Of a stretch of DNA of 38,695 nt, positions 34,321-38,695 are shown in pieces. Below the pieces are notes generated by a model. That model worked only from the letters and a program-made list of their open reading frames with translations, was not told where the DNA came from and did not search any database. Made by a program: the position numbers and the translations under genes. How positions within the stretch are numbered: position 1 is the stretch's first letter; the number at the start of each line of letters is the position of its first letter. Source of the DNA: a virus. Lineage: Duplodnaviria; Caudoviricetes. The stretch lies in the IMG/VR virus record IMGVR_UViG_3300036778_000038, positions 1 to 38,695 of that record, one strand, 5' to 3'.

Positions 34321-36360
34321 TTAGCTGCTCGACTTACGCGAGGCCGATTGCGCTGCCGGTGCTTCGTCGGCGGGCGGCGTTTCGACAATCGTGTTAACCG
34401 TCGGGTAATCCGGCACATAGGCGGCGCCGCTGATCCATGCGACGGCCTGATCGCGCCGACGCTGCCAGTTGATGTATCGCTCGGCGCGGATGCCAACAAG
34501 GTTGTTCTGATACAGCGACACAAGCACGGTTGCCGCCGTCGTCGGGTCGTCCGGTGCGGTGTCCATCTGCAACGACGCCTCGCGCGATACGTCAATCGTT
34601 ACGCCGCCATCGTCCGCGATGAGGATATCGGACGCGCGACATAGCACGATCATGTCGCCGACGGGGCTTGTCGTGCCGGGTACAACCTGAGAAGCGATAA
34701 CGGGCAGACCGAATAGAACCGGGTTCGCGCCGTTAAGGCTCGGGTACATCGGCTGACCCGCGACGTTGACCATCATCGCGAGCGCGATCAACGCGGTTTC
34801 GGGCATGATCCATACGGCGCCAGCGACGCCGAGGTTCGCCGAGGCGAATGCCTGAAAAAGCGTCAACACGTCACGACGCAAGGCGAGGTCGCTCGTACCG
34901 CTTGCCGGGATGCCGGCGATACCGTTCGTGATCGAACCCGGATGCACGCCAGCCAGGGGCGCGACGGTCGGGTCGAGAAACTGCATATCGATGAACTGAG
35001 CAATCGCGGCGATGAGGTCAGACTGAACCAATGCCTCGGCGCTTGGCGCACTGAACCGCGCCAGCTCGTCGGTAATGACCACGATGCCGGCGACCTTCGT
35101 TTCGCCCATCTGCAAAAGCGAAAACGCCATTTTGCTTACGGGCTTCGGCTTGCCCTCGCCGACCCATCCGACCGTGCTGCCGAGCGTCTGCGCCGGGATT
35201 TTCACGTTAAACGGCACATTGCGAAGGCCGGGAATGCGACCGACGACGGTCGCGGGCCGTAGCAGTTCGATGAATTCGCTCGCCATGATTTGATAATTGA
35301 CGAGCGGACCCGCCCATGTCGGGTCGGTTGTCGTGCCAGGGGCAACGGCCGCTTTCTGATACAGCGATGCGGGTAACGCCACGACGCCCGCGACTTCCGG
35401 CGTGTCGGTCCATTGCTTCGCGTAGGCGACGGCGTCGGCTTGGTTGCCCTTGCCGGCCATCATCGCCATGCATACGCGGGTAAACAAGCGGCCGGGCGGT
35501 AGCTTGCGTTTCAGGGTGATCACGGCGCCCTCGCGAATTTCGAGGCCGCTGCCGCTGCCGCTTTCGTCTTTCGCCGGGCCGTTGATCGGCTGAGCGGCGG
35601 CGCGGTTCTGCTTGTCCTGGGCGCGTAGGCGCGCGAGATGCTTGTCGATACTTTCGATTTCGGTCGAAAGCGCGTCGTGCTCCTCGCCTTCGGCTTCGTC
35701 GAGCGTGCGCCCTTCGTCGGCGGCTTTCTGCATGAGCGCCGCGCGTGCGGCGTCTTTCGCGGCGCGGGTCGCCTCGAATTGCGCGATTTGTTCTTTCAGG
35801 TTCATTCGCTTGCCCTCGGGTTTGGTCGCGGTGGCGCCCGCATGGGTGACTGGTAAAGACGCGCGCCCACGTTGCGTGGCGCGTTGTTCGGTGTCGGCTT
35901 GCTTGATGCTCGTCACGGTGGCTTCGGCATTCGCCGGGATCGTCACGAGCGAAAGTTCGAGCCATTCCCACGACTTGAAACGAATGCCGTCGGTGCCTTT
36001 GATCGGCTCGGCGCTGAGCGAGCGAAAGCCAATCGATACGCCGCGCACGAGCCCGGCCTTTAGGCTTGCCCATGCCTCGTCGAGCCGTGCCTTAAGTTGC
36101 GGCGGGCCGTCGACTTGCGCGATTTCCGCCTCGAACGGGATACCGTCGGCGGTCTTTTCCGCATAGGTCACGCTGCCGACGGGTTGCTGCGTGTCGTGCT
36201 GCCATAGCAGCGGCATCGGTACGCGAAACTTTGCGCCGAGCGGTTCGACAATGTCGTCCATGCGGTCGGTTGCGGGCGTCGAGGCCATGCCTTTAAGCGT
36301 CCGGGTTTCCTCATCGACGCTTTTCACTTCGAGCACGGCATAAGCGCGGGTCGTGGTCAT
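34321..36360 (-). CDS. HK97-type prohead protease / major capsid fusion protein
   Basis: Protease motifs LLWQHD, GVSIGF, ELSLVTIPAN; coiled-coil scaffold; capsid motifs WVGEGKPKP, KVAGIVVITDEL, LYQNNLVGIRAER; GAGGG RBS before ATG 36360. Confidence 0.92.
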   Translation of the reverse strand: MTTTRAYAVLEVKSVDEETRTLKGMASTPATDRMDDIVEPLGAKFRVPMPLLWQHDTQQPVGSVTYAEKTADGIPFEAEIAQVDGPPQLKARLDEAWASLKAGLVRGVSIGFRSLSAEPIKGTDGIRFKSWEWLELSLVTIPANAEATVTSIKQADTEQRATQRGRASLPVTHAGATATKPEGKRMNLKEQIAQFEATRAAKDAARAALMQKAADEGRTLDEAEGEEHDALSTEIESIDKHLARLRAQDKQNRAAAQPINGPAKDESGSGSGLEIREGAVITLKRKLPPGRLFTRVCMAMMAGKGNQADAVAYAKQWTDTPEVAGVVALPASLYQKAAVAPGTTTDPTWAGPLVNYQIMASEFIELLRPATVVGRIPGLRNVPFNVKIPAQTLGSTVGWVGEGKPKPVSKMAFSLLQMGETKVAGIVVITDELARFSAPSAEALVQSDLIAAIAQFIDMQFLDPTVAPLAGVHPGSITNGIAGIPASGTSDLALRRDVLTLFQAFASANLGVAGAVWIMPETALIALAMMVNVAGQPMYPSLNGANPVLFGLPVIASQVVPGTTSPVGDMIVLCRASDILIADDGGVTIDVSREASLQMDTAPDDPTTAATVLVSLYQNNLVGIRAERYINWQRRRDQAVAWISGAAYVPDYPTVNTIVETPPADEAPAAQSASRKSSS

Positions 36361-36374
36361 GGTGTAGCCCTCAC

Positions 36375-36400
36375 AAAAAAACCGCCTTGCGGCGGTTAGG
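36375..36400 (-). terminator. terminator-like hairpin at the terL stop, identical to 30322-30347
   Basis: cctaaccgcc-gcaa-ggcggttttttt. Confidence 0.65.
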
Positions 36401-38069
36401 ACAAAACGAACATTTGGAATTTCGGTTGTGTAGGTCCGCCCACCATGGCGCGACCCATCGCCGCGCATAACGCGACGAACGGGTCGATTTTGTTTTCGGC
36501 TCGTTCTTTGTTCGGGTAAATGTTGTCTTTGCGGTCAAGCTTGGCGACGACGTTCGACATCGCCCATTGCATAACCGGGTCGCCGTTGTGGTGCAGCTTG
36601 CGGTCGCGAATCAGCGCCTCGACCTGTTTCATCGGCTCCGAAAAATTGAGCACGGTCGGGCCGAACGAAATAAGCGGTAGCCCTTCGTTTTGCAACGCGG
36701 TGACGAGCATCGAGGCGTTATGCGGGTCGAACGCGATTTCGGTAATTTCAAACCGTGTTGATAGGTCTTTGATGTCGTCGAGCAATTGAAAATAGTCGGT
36801 TTGATTCCCTGGCGTGACGGTGAGCCAGCCGTCGGTATGCCATGCCCGATAGTGCTGGTTTTCGGCTTGCTCGACGGTTTCCTCGGGCAGGTAGTACAAC
36901 CCGAAGCGCGCGAAACTGCCGTCGGCTTCGGGAAAAAGTAATTCAAGCGCGGTCAAATCGATCTTGCTCGCGAGATCCATGCCGAGGAAACAGGGGCGGC
37001 CGGCGTAGTCGTCGAGGCTCAACCCTTCGACGCGACACTCGTGCCAGCGTTGCATGTTGATGAAAGCATCCCGGGCTTGAACCCATAGATTGAGATGCTT
37101 TGTTTTGAAATGCCCTTGCTTGCGCGGGTTGTTGATCGCATCGCGTTGCTGCGCTTGCAAAAATTCAGCGTCGACACTGATGCCGTAGTTGGGGTTTGCC
37201 TTGATCAACGCGGCCTCGCTCGTCCAGTCGTCGCCGTCGTCTATCGTGTAAATCAGCGCGAACGTTCGGTCATCCTCAACGATGTTTTGCAGGATGCGCT
37301 GGCATTCGAGCCAGTCATCGCGGCACGGGCCGGCGAGGTTGTCGCCGGCCGTCGACACGACGAGTGATAGCGGCTGTTCTCGCGCGCCCATGCCGGTTTC
37401 AAACGTCGACAATTGTTCGTCGGTCTGGTGCTCGTGATACTCGTCCGTGATCGAACAATGCGGCGATGCGCCGTCGCCGGGTTTACCGATGACGGGCTCG
37501 AACTTGGCCATGCTGAGCGCCATCACGAGCGATTTCGCGTTCGCATCGATGCCGAACTTTGTACGAAACGCCGCCGATTCGAGTGCCATTTGTCGCGCGG
37601 GTCCGAATACCTCCCATGCCTGTTTCTCAGTCGTTGCGCCTGAATAGACCTCGGCGCCGGCCTCGTCGTCGCCTGCCAGCATGTATAGGCCGAGCGTTGC
37701 CGCCGTTGCCGACTTGCCGTTTTTGCGGGCGACGTATAGCCGTCCCTTTCGGAAACGACGTAACGCGGTGCGCTTGTGAACCCATCCAAAGAGCGAGGCA
37801 AAAAAGAAGCATTGCCACGGCGAAAGGGTCAAGCGCTCGCCGCGTGCTGCCCATCGCCCTTTGACGTGCCGAAACTTTTCGACGAAACAACACACGACCT
37901 CGGCGCGTACCGGGTCGAACTTGTACGGCCAATCTTTCCTTTTCGCGCTGGCAAGGTCGCGCAAATGCCGCTCGCATGCGAGTCGTATCCACTGGCACGC
38001 TAAGACATCGCCCGATAGAACGCCTTTGACATAGGCGTTACTTAGCGCGACGTGCGGGTTTTGTGACAT
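36396..38069 (-). CDS. terL: terminase large subunit
   Basis: LSPWQ, Walker A VARKNGKS, Walker B ITDEYH, STAG, nuclease GMDLASKIDLTA and KIDPFVA; start ATG 38069. Confidence 0.96.
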   Translation of the reverse strand: MSQNPHVALSNAYVKGVLSGDVLACQWIRLACERHLRDLASAKRKDWPYKFDPVRAEVVCCFVEKFRHVKGRWAARGERLTLSPWQCFFFASLFGWVHKRTALRRFRKGRLYVARKNGKSATAATLGLYMLAGDDEAGAEVYSGATTEKQAWEVFGPARQMALESAAFRTKFGIDANAKSLVMALSMAKFEPVIGKPGDGASPHCSITDEYHEHQTDEQLSTFETGMGAREQPLSLVVSTAGDNLAGPCRDDWLECQRILQNIVEDDRTFALIYTIDDGDDWTSEAALIKANPNYGISVDAEFLQAQQRDAINNPRKQGHFKTKHLNLWVQARDAFINMQRWHECRVEGLSLDDYAGRPCFLGMDLASKIDLTALELLFPEADGSFARFGLYYLPEETVEQAENQHYRAWHTDGWLTVTPGNQTDYFQLLDDIKDLSTRFEITEIAFDPHNASMLVTALQNEGLPLISFGPTVLNFSEPMKQVEALIRDRKLHHNGDPVMQWAMSNVVAKLDRKDNIYPNKERAENKIDPFVALCAAMGRAMVGGPTQPKFQMFVLS

Positions 38070-38499
38070 CGTCGAATTCGTTCTCGTCGCCCGACGTGTC
38101 GACGTGGACACGGTTGCGGGCGTTCGGACTAAAGCCGAGCTGTTCAATCGCACGCGACACGCAAAGCGATTCCGCGCGAATACGCCCGCCGAGCGGGTTC
38201 TCGCAAATGCGCCCGCTCGGTTGCGTGATCACAAGCGGCTGACCTTCCATCGCCTGCACCGCTTCGATATACGCGCACTCATGAACGCAATACGCGATGA
38301 GCGTCGGGCGGTCGGTTTCGCGCAACATGCCGCGCGGGCAATGCTTTCGCGCGTGGTCCCATAGGTTGCGCTGCATGATGTTGAACCAACCCGGCACGGC
38401 GCCGAGCGGCGCCGCGACGTGCGGCTGATCCTGGCGAATGTTCCGGTGTCCGCGATTGCCTTCGAGAAGTTTTATCGCGGCTGATTTGCTGCGTCGCAT
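38038..38499 (-). CDS. terS: terminase small subunit, P27 family
   Basis: KLLEGNRGHR, LIAYC, ENP, LGFSPNARNR. Confidence 0.9.
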   Translation of the reverse strand: MRRSKSAAIKLLEGNRGHRNIRQDQPHVAAPLGAVPGWFNIMQRNLWDHARKHCPRGMLRETDRPTLIAYCVHECAYIEAVQAMEGQPLVITQPSGRICENPLGGRIRAESLCVSRAIEQLGFSPNARNRVHVDTSGDENEFDDVTKPARRAK

Positions 38500-38695
38500 A
38501 TAGGTTCGACCTCACACACAAGCCCGTTTGACCACACACGCACGCCATGCAAACCGCACGGACACGCGCACCACACTGCCAGCACATCGGCGCGATTGCG
38601 CTCGATGCTCAACGCGGCGCCGTTTGGCGCCAATCCCACCGCGCAACGGCGCCGCGCGAACACTCAATGTTCAAATGCGTTCGCGCAAACAAAGC

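Larger units (their letters stand above)
1..38695. mobile_element. near-complete temperate siphophage genome
   Basis: All modules present (packaging, head, tail, lysis, integration, replication); no host genes; both ends fall in the HNH-terS intergenic region. Confidence 0.9.

Noticed and set aside
35207-36073. Long alternative-frame and antisense ORFs over structural genes and int (also 32132-32953, 7817-8566, 14122-14982)
   Set aside because: Typical high-GC shadow ORFs overlapping well-supported genes

Overview
The window appears to be an essentially complete ~38.7 kb temperate siphophage genome with an HK97-type head and a lambda-type tail tip. It is GC-rich, and a proteobacterial (possibly Xanthomonadales-like) host is only an inference. 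It is opened between the packaging HNH gene (left end) and the P27-type small terminase (right end), where cos is expected. The minus strand from the right end carries terS, terL, a prohead-protease/major-capsid fusion, a portal fused to collagen and CBM-like domains, head-tail genes, the tail tube, G/GT chaperones with a -1 slippery site, the tape measure, lambda M/L/K/I/J-like genes, a tail fibre with chaperones, an endolysin and a holin-like gene. No spanins are recognisable. The minus strand from 6329 leftward carries Cro-like, O-like initiator with internal repeats, Lar-like, YfdP/YfdQ-like, putative annealase, Q-like and HNH genes. The plus strand (7427-17026) carries a tyrosine integrase, AlpA/Xis, an XRE-HTH/AlpA two-domain regulator, many small accessory genes including a macrodomain-like protein, and a self-promoted acr-aca-like cassette. 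The most unusual part is the 1.1 kb control region between cro and int, which has no cI gene. It holds a predicted ~100-nt sRNA complementary to the ribosome-binding regions of int, the acr-like gene and the Lar-like gene, a host-type parS, a recurring TCGG-N4-CCGA operator and duplicated sequence blocks. All calls come from reading the sequence by eye; no database searches were run.
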